Assembly: GCA_048938105.1 (NCBI GenBank)
Contig: JBHLMN010000002.1
Span: forward strand, 320,001 to 384,000
Direction: 5' to 3'
Length of the DNA stretch: 64,000 nucleotides
Source of the DNA: Promethearchaeota archaeon
GTDB lineage: Archaea > Asgardarchaeota > Heimdallarchaeia > Hodarchaeales > Hodarchaeaceae
In this document: one piece after another, positions 8,967 through 19,060 of the stretch
Numbering within the stretch: position 1 is the stretch's first letter
Layout: each line of letters starts with the position of its first letter
The notes under the pieces: generated by a model
Databases searched by the model: none
Told to the model about the DNA's origin: nothing
Seen by the model: only the letters and a program-made list of their open reading frames with translations
Program-made: the position numbers and the translations under genes

Positions 8967-10448
8967 TTGATGGTTATGGATTTCACTTCTTTGAATAACC
9001 TTTATTGTCGGAAGTTTGGTGTCTGGCTCCTGAGTCTATTTCCGATCTTTTTAGTACTCATGCTATTATTAATTGCTATTACTCCTGGTGAAATAGAGGT
9101 AGAAGATCCCAAATTCCTAATAACAGTAACAGTATACATTATACTGATCTTTACCGCAATTCCGTTTGCTTTCAATGGTTATCTCATGGAAAATGATTTT
9201 AATACTGAGATAAAGAGAATAGAACGGACTGGTCTTTTAATTCAGGGAGTTGAGGGATTTAATGATATCGAATCATCGATTAAATTGCTATACCGTGGGT
9301 CCTATTCAATTACTGGAACTGTATTCATTAGCTTTTTAGCGTTCATATCTGCTATAATATTACAGAGCAATATTGGTTTATTAGCTAGGGTTTTCATGTT
9401 TGCTGCAAGTATAGGTCTCTTAGCAATATCTAGTGGCGCATCTATTCTCATTCGACTCCCTGATAAATCTGCTCTTCAACCTGGTGGTTTGATGAAGTTC
9501 TATACTCCCAAGAGTATAAATCTTAAGTTGGATAATATTTTAACAGATTCTATTTTCACTCAACTCGACCCCATTACTAGGATTCGTGTGGATGAATGGT
9601 CAAAATCAATTCTCGAGCATTTCAATTCAGAATATCTTAAGGATCTTGATGATCAAACAAGACTCGAGCGTGCACGTGAAAAAATTTTCTTAATGATCTA
9701 TCTTAAGGAAATGAAACCCGAATTAATGACCGATGAGGTTTTCCAACGAGAATTATGTGAAATTATCTTTCCAAATTTCTTGGATGAGTTTTTAGCTGGA
9801 ACTCAGTCACAAATCTCTGTCACTACATTGATAACCATTATACGGGACATTGAAGATGAAATCCCACAGATTTTCGAGCTAATTCAGCGTATTTTTGTCT
9901 TGGTTACCGATAATTTACATTATCTTCAAAAAAAGGAAGAATTTGTGACTATTTGTCATCCTACAACACACATAGGTAATATAGATCCCTTTAGAATAAT
10001 CGTTTTTGTATTAAACTTAACAGCCGCTCAACGAAAGATTAAAATCCAAGCACAAACCTCTATGAGCTCTTTAGACCCAGATGACGCTTCGCAAATTTTA
10101 TTATTAGATGAAGGGAAAATTTATCTTCCTCCTGAAGGTTCAGTTTTAGAATTTTCCTCGACTACAGCATTAATTGACACATTGCGGTTAGTAAGCGATA
10201 TATTGCAAGTGGGTGATGCAATTAACCTCCAATTCCGCCCCAATAGAAATGGAACGCATGTCTTGAACATTTTTGTTGAGGATCCTGAACGAGGGATTAT
10301 CACAGGCAGATCAGTTGTCGTAGAGGTTCATCGTGACCTTCGATTTTATGCTAAAACTCTTGGAGCGAAAGCTTTAGGTTATATTGGCGCAGCTGTCTCA
10401 CTTATTGGAATCAGTATGGGGTCTTTAGTTAGCTTATTTGGGATTTAG
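8967..10448 (+). CDS. Hypothetical membrane protein (4 N-terminal TM, soluble domain, C-terminal TM)
   Basis: 493-aa ORF; hydropathy pattern only, family not recognised. Confidence 0.75.
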   Translation: MMVMDFTSLNNLYCRKFGVWLLSLFPIFLVLMLLLIAITPGEIEVEDPKFLITVTVYIILIFTAIPFAFNGYLMENDFNTEIKRIERTGLLIQGVEGFNDIESSIKLLYRGSYSITGTVFISFLAFISAIILQSNIGLLARVFMFAASIGLLAISSGASILIRLPDKSALQPGGLMKFYTPKSINLKLDNILTDSIFTQLDPITRIRVDEWSKSILEHFNSEYLKDLDDQTRLERAREKIFLMIYLKEMKPELMTDEVFQRELCEIIFPNFLDEFLAGTQSQISVTTLITIIRDIEDEIPQIFELIQRIFVLVTDNLHYLQKKEEFVTICHPTTHIGNIDPFRIIVFVLNLTAAQRKIKIQAQTSMSSLDPDDASQILLLDEGKIYLPPEGSVLEFSSTTALIDTLRLVSDILQVGDAINLQFRPNRNGTHVLNIFVEDPERGIITGRSVVVEVHRDLRFYAKTLGAKALGYIGAAVSLIGISMGSLVSLFGI

Positions 10449-10462
10449 ACTGGCGTAAGGCA

Positions 10463-11788
10463 ATGAAATTCTTTCGTCAAAACCCCATTTTATCTCTCTT
10501 GTTCATATTTAGTTTGATATTAATAAATGGAATTGGAGCAACCCTCCCGATTCCTAACTTAACTCAACTTGCTGATTACTATAACTTCCCGTTAATAGGA
10601 TTTATTGAAGGAATGTTTGTAGTCATTTCCACATTTTTTTTGTTTGTTTGGGGATTTTGTGTTGATAAATTAGAGAGGAGGCAGATACTATGGATTGCAA
10701 ATCTTATCTGGGTTCTTCCTGCGTCAATCATTTTTCTCTTTCCAGAATTTCTTTTAGTATACTTTTTGGGTAGAATGGGAATGGCAATAGGCCTCTCTGC
10801 TTTTTCTCCTATTGCTTACTCTATTTTGGCTGATTATGCAAAGTATGAAGATCGTGGATTGATTTCATCGGGATTAAACATCGTTTGGGTTGGATCAAGT
10901 GCTGCTGGAATCTTGTTGGGTGGTTTTTTTTATTTTCAATGGAACTTATCTTTTGGATTTCTAGCCCTCTTCGGTTTTTTGATCCTCGGTTGGCAATTCT
11001 TTATTCACATTCCTAAAAGAGGGAATCAAGAACCCGTTTTTTTACATATTGCAGAATACAATTATCCCTGGCGGATCCAACTCAAACATGTACCCGTAAT
11101 GTTAAGATCAAAAACAATATTCTGGTTGCTAGTTCAAGGATTCTTTGCTCTCATTCCAGGTACTATCTTTACATTATGGCTTGTTGCTTTCCTGAGTTCT
11201 TCTGAAAGTCTTAATATAGCGAGTATTGGAATTGCTAGTGTTATTGCTGTTGTAATTGCTAGTGGTAGAGCTGTTGGGTACCCTTTCTTCGGCAGATTGG
11301 GTGATTATTTCGCAAAAAAACAAGGTCCAAAAGTTAGAGGTATAATTGCAAGTCTCTGCATGGCTGGTCAGGCAATATTTTTTTTCTTTGCGTTTATGTC
11401 CGTAGATTCTTCTTTGTTGAATTTTATTCTTTTTAGTTTCTTTTTTTGGCTTGGTAGTTTTATTGGGGCGGCTTCAGGTCCCAATCGAACCTCTTTACTT
11501 TTTGATGTGTCATTGCCAGAACATCGAGGGAGTCTAGGAGCATTCTTTTCCATAACTGACCAATTTGGCCAAGTAATCGGGATTGTTCTTTCAACAATAT
11601 TACTTCAATCATATGGATTCAGCGATGTTTTCATTTTAAGCCTTGTTTTCTATTTATTTGCAGCAATTTCTTGGACTCTGAGCCTTCCTCATATAAATAA
11701 TGATAATTTAAAAATTCAGGAAACTTTAAATCAACGAATAAAAGCAATAACTGATAAAACTGGAGTGTTGGATGATGAATTTAAATAA
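10463..11788 (+). CDS. MFS transporter
   Basis: 12-TM pattern; WGFCVDKLERR and GRLGDYFAKK motif-A loops. Confidence 0.9.
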   Translation: MKFFRQNPILSLLFIFSLILINGIGATLPIPNLTQLADYYNFPLIGFIEGMFVVISTFFLFVWGFCVDKLERRQILWIANLIWVLPASIIFLFPEFLLVYFLGRMGMAIGLSAFSPIAYSILADYAKYEDRGLISSGLNIVWVGSSAAGILLGGFFYFQWNLSFGFLALFGFLILGWQFFIHIPKRGNQEPVFLHIAEYNYPWRIQLKHVPVMLRSKTIFWLLVQGFFALIPGTIFTLWLVAFLSSSESLNIASIGIASVIAVVIASGRAVGYPFFGRLGDYFAKKQGPKVRGIIASLCMAGQAIFFFFAFMSVDSSLLNFILFSFFFWLGSFIGAASGPNRTSLLFDVSLPEHRGSLGAFFSITDQFGQVIGIVLSTILLQSYGFSDVFILSLVFYLFAAISWTLSLPHINNDNLKIQETLNQRIKAITDKTGVLDDEFK

Positions 11789-12995
11789 AAGAAATTTTGG
11801 TATTAATACACATGCAATATACAGTGGAGAACAGATAGATATAGCAACACGCGCGCTAAAGACTCCAATATATGCTAGTAATACCTTTTCTTATTCTAAC
11901 ATGGAGGAATTCTTTAAGGCAGCTGTTAATGCTTATGGTATAGACCCGAAGGAGTTTACTTACTTCTATACACGCACAGCTAATCCTACTACAACTGCTC
12001 TTGAGCTCAAATTATCTTCTATTATTGGTTGTAAAGGTACACTTACAACTTCTTCTGGCATGGCTGCGATAACATTCGTTATTTTAGCGAATTATAAACC
12101 CAAAACTAAGATTTTGGCTTCTGATTCTGTCTATAGAAGTACAAATTCATTTGTGACGGAAACATTGCCAAAATTAGGTATTAGTTGTGATTATTTGGAT
12201 TTTCGTGATCTTAATATACTTGAAAAACAACTTCGAGATAATATGTATTCAGTGGTACATTTTGAATCTCCAGCGAATCCAACAATGCGTTGTTATGATA
12301 TCAAAGCTATCTGTGATCTGGTTCATGAATATAATGCAGAAACTGCTGTGACTTTTGATAATACTTTCGCCTCTCCAGTATGTCAGAAGCCCTTGAAACT
12401 AGGTGTTGATTTTGAGGTTCATTCTAGTTCTAAATACATCAACGGTCACGGGGATGCTCTTGGGGGGGTGATAGCCTCTAATAATAATGAAATTCTTTCT
12501 GAATTTCGTCGTCAGTTCTGTGAAACCCTTGGTCAAACCCCATCACCATTAAATTCTTATTTAATACTCCGAGGATTAAAAACAATTGGTTTACGAATAA
12601 AACAACAATCAGAAAATGCTTTAACAGTCGCAAAGTTTCTGGAGGAGCATGAAAAGGTAGCTCGGGTCTATTATCCAGGTTTACCAAGCCACCCTCAATA
12701 TAAGATTGTACAAAAACAAATGAACCCGTTCGGGGGAATGCTAGCTTTTGAGTTAGAAAATGATGATAATGTCCGGGATTTATTGAATAACAAGTTACAG
12801 ATCATCCGATTAGCCATGGATCTTGGTGATATCCAATCACTTATTGAGTGGCCTTATATTATGACTCATTATGATCTTAAATATGAGCTTAAAATAGCTA
12901 CAGGTGTAACTGAGACACTTTTACGACTTAGTGTCGGAATTGAGGATGTTACTGATATTATTAACGATCTTGAATATGGATTATGCCAAATTTGA
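11772..12995 (+). CDS. PLP-dependent transsulfuration-family enzyme (methionine gamma-lyase / cystathionine gamma-synthase-like)
   Basis: YTRTANPT, SSGMAAI, FESPANP, DNTFASP, HSSSKYINGHGD (PLP Lys), LRLSVGIE. Confidence 0.92.
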   Translation: MMNLNKRNFGINTHAIYSGEQIDIATRALKTPIYASNTFSYSNMEEFFKAAVNAYGIDPKEFTYFYTRTANPTTTALELKLSSIIGCKGTLTTSSGMAAITFVILANYKPKTKILASDSVYRSTNSFVTETLPKLGISCDYLDFRDLNILEKQLRDNMYSVVHFESPANPTMRCYDIKAICDLVHEYNAETAVTFDNTFASPVCQKPLKLGVDFEVHSSSKYINGHGDALGGVIASNNNEILSEFRRQFCETLGQTPSPLNSYLILRGLKTIGLRIKQQSENALTVAKFLEEHEKVARVYYPGLPSHPQYKIVQKQMNPFGGMLAFELENDDNVRDLLNNKLQIIRLAMDLGDIQSLIEWPYIMTHYDLKYELKIATGVTETLLRLSVGIEDVTDIINDLEYGLCQI

Positions 12996-13253
12996 TATAA
13001 TCCAACCATATTATTCTCTTTGGACATTGATTATTTCTAAAAATATTTTATATATAAATCAAAAAGTACAATACCGCCAAATAGCCGACAAAATAGAATA
13101 GAAAAAAACTTCACGACCTATATGAAATCTTTTAAATAGTAAAAACGTATTCATGTCAACATCCTTTCAATAAAAAAGTCGAAAGAAAATATTAGACAAA
13201 TCAAAAGACAAAGTTTTAAAAAACAACAAAAATGGCTCTTTCTGGGGAATCTG

Positions 13254-14309
13254 ATGCGAAGCTCACCGAAATTTGATTCTGTAAAGCTTTTCTTTCAGAG
13301 TGGTATTCAATATTTCTCAAACATAAAGACACAGTTATTTGTGACTGTAATGCTTTTTTACATCTCACAAGTTGAATCATTGGAAGCATTACAAGCTTTT
13401 GAGCTTCCAAAAATTGAATTTGGGGATTATATTTACTTAATAAGACCTTATGGATGGGTCTCGAATTTTGTATCCATAGGTTTTGGTTTACTTTTAACAA
13501 ACATATGGGTCTCCTATTCCCCTCTAATTATTATTCAATACATCTTGGTTGGGTTTGCTATAGGTCCTTTATTATGGGGTGGATTATATACCTTTAATGA
13601 AGTTTTTGACGCTGAATTTGATCGAATCCATCCTACCAAAATGAATCGTCCTATTGCTGCACAACGTGTTTCAAGAAAAATGGGTATTCTTATTGGTAGT
13701 GTACATGTTCTTCTAGGTCTTGCTTTAATGGCTTTAATCTCACCAGTTGGTTTTTTCCTGGCTCTCATAATGGTTGGATTCCAGATTCTGTATTGCTTTC
13801 CTCCATTTCGTTTGAAGGAAACGGTAGTGAATTTATTTTTTTCAGGACCGATGAACCATTTTTTCAGAATTCTTATTGGTTGGACATTAGTCCTTCCATT
13901 AATTGGTGCCCCTTATTTCTTTCTTATTGGGGTTGTTTGTCTTCTAGCAATAGGTTATTTGAGTTATAAGATCCAAGATAAAGAGATTGCGGATCAATTT
14001 GGATATCGTGGATTAGAAAGTCATCTCTCTCAGCGAGGGATCATCATTTTCGATAGTTTATTAGCAATAATGGCATCCACATTTATTTTCTTAGCTTTTC
14101 TGTCTTATCAAATAACTTGGCATCTTCTTCTTTTTGTTCCATTAAGTATCGTGATATTTCTTTATATTTGGCTTAGTTCTTCCTCTATATGGCAAGTCGC
14201 AAAACCTGGTATCTTCATTGGAAAATTACATAATCTTGTGATCATATTCTTTCTTATTGAATGGTTAATAATTATTATAAGATTACTTCCCTTTCTAAAC
14301 ATATTTTAA
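13254..14309 (+). CDS. UbiA-family prenyltransferase (decaprenyl-phosphate phosphoribosyltransferase-like); true start may be downstream
   Basis: NEVFDAEFDRIHPTKMNRPIAA Asp-rich motif, YCFPPFRLK, multiple TM. Confidence 0.82.
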   Translation: MRSSPKFDSVKLFFQSGIQYFSNIKTQLFVTVMLFYISQVESLEALQAFELPKIEFGDYIYLIRPYGWVSNFVSIGFGLLLTNIWVSYSPLIIIQYILVGFAIGPLLWGGLYTFNEVFDAEFDRIHPTKMNRPIAAQRVSRKMGILIGSVHVLLGLALMALISPVGFFLALIMVGFQILYCFPPFRLKETVVNLFFSGPMNHFFRILIGWTLVLPLIGAPYFFLIGVVCLLAIGYLSYKIQDKEIADQFGYRGLESHLSQRGIIIFDSLLAIMASTFIFLAFLSYQITWHLLLFVPLSIVIFLYIWLSSSSIWQVAKPGIFIGKLHNLVIIFFLIEWLIIIIRLLPFLNIF

Positions 14310-14337
14310 GCATAGATGCAATGGAGTTAATTTTTCC

Positions 14338-15234
14338 TTGAGTATAATGCAATTTCATATTGAATCTTTTATTACAATTATCACATTGATGACTTTTTAT
14401 GGAATACTAGGAGGAGTTTCTGCTGTTTTATCAAAAAAGGGAATAATTCAAATTGGTGGTTTACGAGTCGAACGTTCTTGGAAAATCTTTCTTCAAACAT
14501 TTCTTAAATTATTATCGACTCCCGTGTGGCTTACGGGGGCTATTCTTGGGATTTTTGGATTTTGTGTGTATCTAATTGCGCTACAACACTTCGAGCTTTC
14601 TATAGTCAAACCATTAGTAAATACAAATCTCGCGTTTACATTTATACTTGCTTATATTGTCTTCAAAGAACGACTGAAATTGACTGAATGGTTGGGAATA
14701 TTTGGCATCATAATGGGAATGATCCTTTTAGGGGTTGTAACTAGTGAATCAACTGATGTAATTGAATTAGTTCCCTTAATCTGGTTATTACCTCTTACAA
14801 TAGGAGGTATTATTCTACTAGTAGTCTTTATCCTTACTGAAAGAGTTAATAATGAAGAATTTTTTTATTCAATATCTGCAGGAATCTTTTATGGTTTGGG
14901 GGCAATTTTTACTAAAGCTATCCTAATTTTATTCGTCCCAAATGCAAATATTGCTCTACTATTATTCACAGTAATGATGTTTTCGTTAACATACATTGTG
15001 GCCATTGTTTCTCAACAGTTTGCATTTCAAAATGGTCGTCTCTCGATTGTTAGCCCAATCACAAATTCCATTTCGGTCTTGATTCCCGTTATAGGTGCAT
15101 ATTTTATATTTACTGAACAACTATATATCGAAAAAATACTAGGACTTGTATTTATTCTATTTGGTATAATCTTACTACGTAGAACCATTTTAATTAAGAA
15201 CCATTATCCTCAACAAGTTGATTCAAGTATCTAG
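14338..15234 (+). CDS. DMT/EamA-family transporter
   Basis: Two DMT repeats (LSIVKPL...FKERL; LSIVSPI...FTEQL). Confidence 0.85.
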   Translation: MSIMQFHIESFITIITLMTFYGILGGVSAVLSKKGIIQIGGLRVERSWKIFLQTFLKLLSTPVWLTGAILGIFGFCVYLIALQHFELSIVKPLVNTNLAFTFILAYIVFKERLKLTEWLGIFGIIMGMILLGVVTSESTDVIELVPLIWLLPLTIGGIILLVVFILTERVNNEEFFYSISAGIFYGLGAIFTKAILILFVPNANIALLLFTVMMFSLTYIVAIVSQQFAFQNGRLSIVSPITNSISVLIPVIGAYFIFTEQLYIEKILGLVFILFGIILLRRTILIKNHYPQQVDSSI

Positions 15235-15254
15235 AGGTTTTCATTCTCTCTACA

Positions 15255-15917
15255 TTAGATTCTTCTGAAAATTCTTTTTAATCTGTGATTGATAGTGTGA
15301 AGATGTACAGAAAATGGAGACCGTCTTCCCTCTACTATTGTTTCTCCTCTCATGAGAGAATGACGAAATTCCTCAATAGTAAAACCATTGAAAGATATCC
15401 ATGCTTGGCCTACTTCAGGAGCAAAGTGTGCATCAGAACCTCCAGTTTGTACTAGTGAATGTCTTTCAGCGAGCTTGAGAGCCTTTTTATTTGCACTAGG
15501 TAATATACAACGTGAATTAAAAACTTCAATTGCATCAATAAAAGGTAAATCAGGTTCAGTAACTCTAAATCGCTTACCTCGAATCACATCAAAGGGATGA
15601 GGAACAACCACTATACCCCCTTTTTCTTTAATTTCTTCTGCGACCTCAGGAAAATAGGAGGTTTTGAGCTCCTCTTCAAGCCATGCTCCAAGGATTTCTC
15701 CACGATCTGTCATAACTTCAATGCCTGGGATAAAAATAAAATCATCACCATTAGATGAAAGGACTTCTTTAAAAGCCAAAACTCCTTTGATGGTGTCATG
15801 ATCACAGATCATGATACCATGGATTCCCTGTTTTTTGCATAGTTTTAAAATAAGCTCTGGTTCTAGATTAGAACATTTTGAATATTTTGTGTGACAATGA
15901 AAATCCACGCGTGTCAT
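15255..15917 (-). CDS. PHP-domain metal-dependent phosphoesterase
   Basis: DFHCHT, DHDT, PGIE, PHPF, EVFNSR, GGSDAH. Confidence 0.92.
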   Translation of the reverse strand: MTRVDFHCHTKYSKCSNLEPELILKLCKKQGIHGIMICDHDTIKGVLAFKEVLSSNGDDFIFIPGIEVMTDRGEILGAWLEEELKTSYFPEVAEEIKEKGGIVVVPHPFDVIRGKRFRVTEPDLPFIDAIEVFNSRCILPSANKKALKLAERHSLVQTGGSDAHFAPEVGQAWISFNGFTIEEFRHSLMRGETIVEGRRSPFSVHLHTINHRLKRIFRRI

Positions 15918-16030
15918 TATGTTTCACTATTAGAATTACTGATATTAAATATAGCGATATGACAATCTTAAACCGCTCAATATATAAATTCCGTAAAATA
16001 TACTTGCGAAATATGCAAAGTAGAAATAAA

Positions 16031-17428
16031 ATGGATGATAGTCATATGCAATCCTTTAACTCCTTACAGAAATGGTCTTTTGGATTAGGAAGTTTTACTC
16101 AATGGTTCATCAATAGCGCGTTCAATACCTGGGTTTTAACATTCTATTTTGCGGCTGTTAAGCTCCCAATTCAATACATCATGACTGCATTTGTATTATG
16201 GACAATTTGGAATGCTTTTAATGATCCTCTGATAGGTTATTTGTCAGATAGGACTAATACGCGTTTTGGTAGAAGAAAACCATATATCATGATTGGATTG
16301 ATCCCAATTTTGATAATTGAGATTATCTTATGGATTCCTCCTATTCCAGTTGGAAATAATTATCTTATTACATTTTTATATCTTCTAATAATGTTATTTT
16401 GTTATGATACCTTTTACACAATGGTGAGTTTACCATATGATTCATTATTCCCAGAATTGTACACTTCAGTCGAAGAAAGGGCCGAGGTGAACACTATTAA
16501 ACAAATCCTCTCAATGTTAGGTTTAATTGTTGCGTTCTTAGTACCAGGGATTTTTATAGGGGATCAGAATGAAATGGGAGGATATCTAATAAATGGAATT
16601 GTCACAACCGCGATAATTCTTGTCACTCTCATAGTTTCTTTGAAGTGGGGAGTTATAGAACGTGTTGAATTTCAATCAGACTATCAACATACATTTAACT
16701 TTTTCCAAGGGTTGAAATACACCTTTAAAAACAGAGGATTTATCCTATATACTATTATGTTTTTCTTATATGAATATATCCTGCTTCTCCTAGGAACTAC
16801 TGTTCCATTATATGCTAGAGAAGTATTACGCATAACAGACACTTTACTTACATCAATTTTACTCGGGATGTTGTTTATTGTTGGTTTAATAACAGTATTT
16901 TTATGGAAAAAATTAGATTTGAAGTTTGGAAGTCGCAAATCTTACGCTTACGCAATAATTCTGTATTTTTGTGCCAGTATTCCCTTATTATTAGTTGATT
17001 CGTTTGAGACAGCATTTATAACTGTAATAACAATGGGTGTGGGTTTTGGAGGCATGTTGTATTTTATTTACTTAATCATTGCAGATATAATTGATGAAGA
17101 TGAATTGAAAACTGGCGTTCGTCGAGAAGGTACCTTCTTTGGGATCACCAACTTTTTCATGCGACTCGCGATGATTTTGTCTATTATCACTGTATCCCTT
17201 GTCTTCGTGTCGACAGGATGGGAAGAATATAAACCGATTCAGATCCTTCAACAATCTGAAGTGGTATTAGGCCTTAGACTATTAGTTTTTCTATTTCCAG
17301 CTATTGCTTTAGGAGTTACTCTTGTCTGTCTTTATTTCTATCCATTCTCAAAAGATCATGTGAATCAGACTAAAGAAGGAATTATTAAACTACACCAAAG
17401 TAAAAAAGAACGTGTTAAATTGCAATGA
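16031..17428 (+). CDS. MFS glycoside-pentoside-hexuronide (MelB-like) symporter
   Basis: NAFNDPLIGYLSDRTNTRFGRRKPY, ADIIDEDELKTGVRREG. The track start (15878) overlaps the PHP gene; ATG 16013 or 16031 is more likely. Confidence 0.9.
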   Translation: MDDSHMQSFNSLQKWSFGLGSFTQWFINSAFNTWVLTFYFAAVKLPIQYIMTAFVLWTIWNAFNDPLIGYLSDRTNTRFGRRKPYIMIGLIPILIIEIILWIPPIPVGNNYLITFLYLLIMLFCYDTFYTMVSLPYDSLFPELYTSVEERAEVNTIKQILSMLGLIVAFLVPGIFIGDQNEMGGYLINGIVTTAIILVTLIVSLKWGVIERVEFQSDYQHTFNFFQGLKYTFKNRGFILYTIMFFLYEYILLLLGTTVPLYAREVLRITDTLLTSILLGMLFIVGLITVFLWKKLDLKFGSRKSYAYAIILYFCASIPLLLVDSFETAFITVITMGVGFGGMLYFIYLIIADIIDEDELKTGVRREGTFFGITNFFMRLAMILSIITVSLVFVSTGWEEYKPIQILQQSEVVLGLRLLVFLFPAIALGVTLVCLYFYPFSKDHVNQTKEGIIKLHQSKKERVKLQ

Positions 17429-17431
17429 TTT

Positions 17432-18922
17432 TCATCCTATATACTTCTTATGGATGTTTTTCAGGATTTCATCTAGTGCTTTAACAATCTTAGCATCTAA
17501 TTCGGGTGGATGATGTGTTTTCATAATTTCATGCGCTCTCTCATTAGCCCGAGTTAAAATATCCTGCTTATCTGATTTTTCAAACACCTCATAATCAGTT
17601 CGATCGAATAATTTCGGGGTAAAAAATTCTGAACGGAAATGTTTGAGGGTGTGGGGATGACTAAGATATTCACCACCAGGTCCAACCTCATGGATAACAT
17701 CAAGCGCTAATGCTTCATCAGAAATCTCAATACCTTTTAATACACGACTTATTGCTTTCAGGTTTTCATCGTGGAAGATCATCGCAGCGTAAGAACAAGC
17801 TTGAATCCCAGGACCAAGTCCTCCCAAAGCGTTAACAATAAGATTGATTCCAGCCATTGATGCAAGTAGAACATTCATGGCTGATTCTTGCCCTGCTTGG
17901 GCATCTAGCACTTTAGAATCAGTACAACCTGCAGTACCCCTAGTTGGTAAGTTATAATAATTAGCCATTTGAGCTGTTAAGACATTCATTAATCCTGCTT
18001 CAGGAGCTCCTAGTGCTATTTGAACAGTTCTAGGATCCAGAATTGAAGAGGCGGTTCCATAAACAATGGGCGGTGGCGGTGCAATTCCATAAGATTCATT
18101 TGCTAATTGACACATCACAATACCTGAAAGGATCTCAGCATTATGTTGAACTAATGAACCACCTAATGTAGCAGGTCCAGTAGCATGAGCCATTACTTCT
18201 GGACAAAAAAGAACTGGTAAGCCAAACATGGCATATCCAAGTGCATAGTCCGTCATCGTTTCATTATGCATTAGAGGGGAGACAGTATTTACCCAAGCCC
18301 ATGAACATGGCTTTTTTTGTAAGTCACTGAGATCATCCCGAAAGAGGTTGAAGAACTCAAAACCATCATCAGGGCTCATTCCGCTAGGTGGAATGAATAA
18401 TGGTTTATCTGTATACTTAACTTCATATACAAAGCGATAAGCAGCAGCTGTCATGAGATCTAGTTGTAGATCAATCTCCTCAACTGTACCAGAAAGTCCT
18501 GAACCTCCCAAATGCATCATTTCAAGAGCGTCTCCGAGACGTGTCATATCTGCAATATCAGCAAAGGTAGATCTTCGCCAATTTCCTTCAAGATCGACCA
18601 CATGGGTTGGGGAATGGCTAATGGTATAATTAATCCGTCCTGATTCTAATTTAATGTGTTTTTTTGATTCAGGATGAACACTATACCATGTAAATGAAGA
18701 AGGGCACTTATTTAGCGTTTCTTCAACAAGATCTGAATCTAAAAATACCTTTTTAGACTTAATTTTACATCTAGCTTCTTTTAGAATATCTAACGCTTGT
18801 TGAGAAAGAACACGGACACCTGTTTTTTCTAGGACTTGTAATGTTGCCTCATGTATTTCTTCCACTTGGTTGTTACTAAGTATATTTATTGTAGGTAAGT
18901 TATTTTTTATTCCTAGAAGCAT
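17432..18922 (-). CDS. Trimethylamine methyltransferase (MttB) superfamily protein, non-pyrrolysine
   Basis: IHEATLQVLEKTGV, SPL, GPATLGGSLVQHNAE, TDSKVLDAQAGQE, VGPGGEYLSHPHT; no in-frame TAG; AGGTGA SD before ATG 18922. Confidence 0.9.
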   Translation of the reverse strand: MLLGIKNNLPTINILSNNQVEEIHEATLQVLEKTGVRVLSQQALDILKEARCKIKSKKVFLDSDLVEETLNKCPSSFTWYSVHPESKKHIKLESGRINYTISHSPTHVVDLEGNWRRSTFADIADMTRLGDALEMMHLGGSGLSGTVEEIDLQLDLMTAAAYRFVYEVKYTDKPLFIPPSGMSPDDGFEFFNLFRDDLSDLQKKPCSWAWVNTVSPLMHNETMTDYALGYAMFGLPVLFCPEVMAHATGPATLGGSLVQHNAEILSGIVMCQLANESYGIAPPPPIVYGTASSILDPRTVQIALGAPEAGLMNVLTAQMANYYNLPTRGTAGCTDSKVLDAQAGQESAMNVLLASMAGINLIVNALGGLGPGIQACSYAAMIFHDENLKAISRVLKGIEISDEALALDVIHEVGPGGEYLSHPHTLKHFRSEFFTPKLFDRTDYEVFEKSDKQDILTRANERAHEIMKTHHPPELDAKIVKALDEILKNIHKKYIG

Positions 18923-19060
18923 TGAATCACCTAATCTTTGTTTAAATTGAATAAGTAGTAACAAATAGACGGGTTCTACTAACTAAAAGTATTTTAGCTT
19001 AACTTCTACCTAAAGAGCTAAATACTTAAAAGCTCCTTAAGCTCAATAATTAAATTAAAG

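Noticed and set aside
15878-16030. N-terminal extension of the sugar transporter overlapping the PHP gene
   Set aside because: Region looks like an AT-rich divergent promoter; family similarity starts only after about 16031.
17432-18922. Pyrrolysine recoding in the MttB homolog
   Set aside because: ORF is continuous with no in-frame TAG, and no pyl genes in the window.
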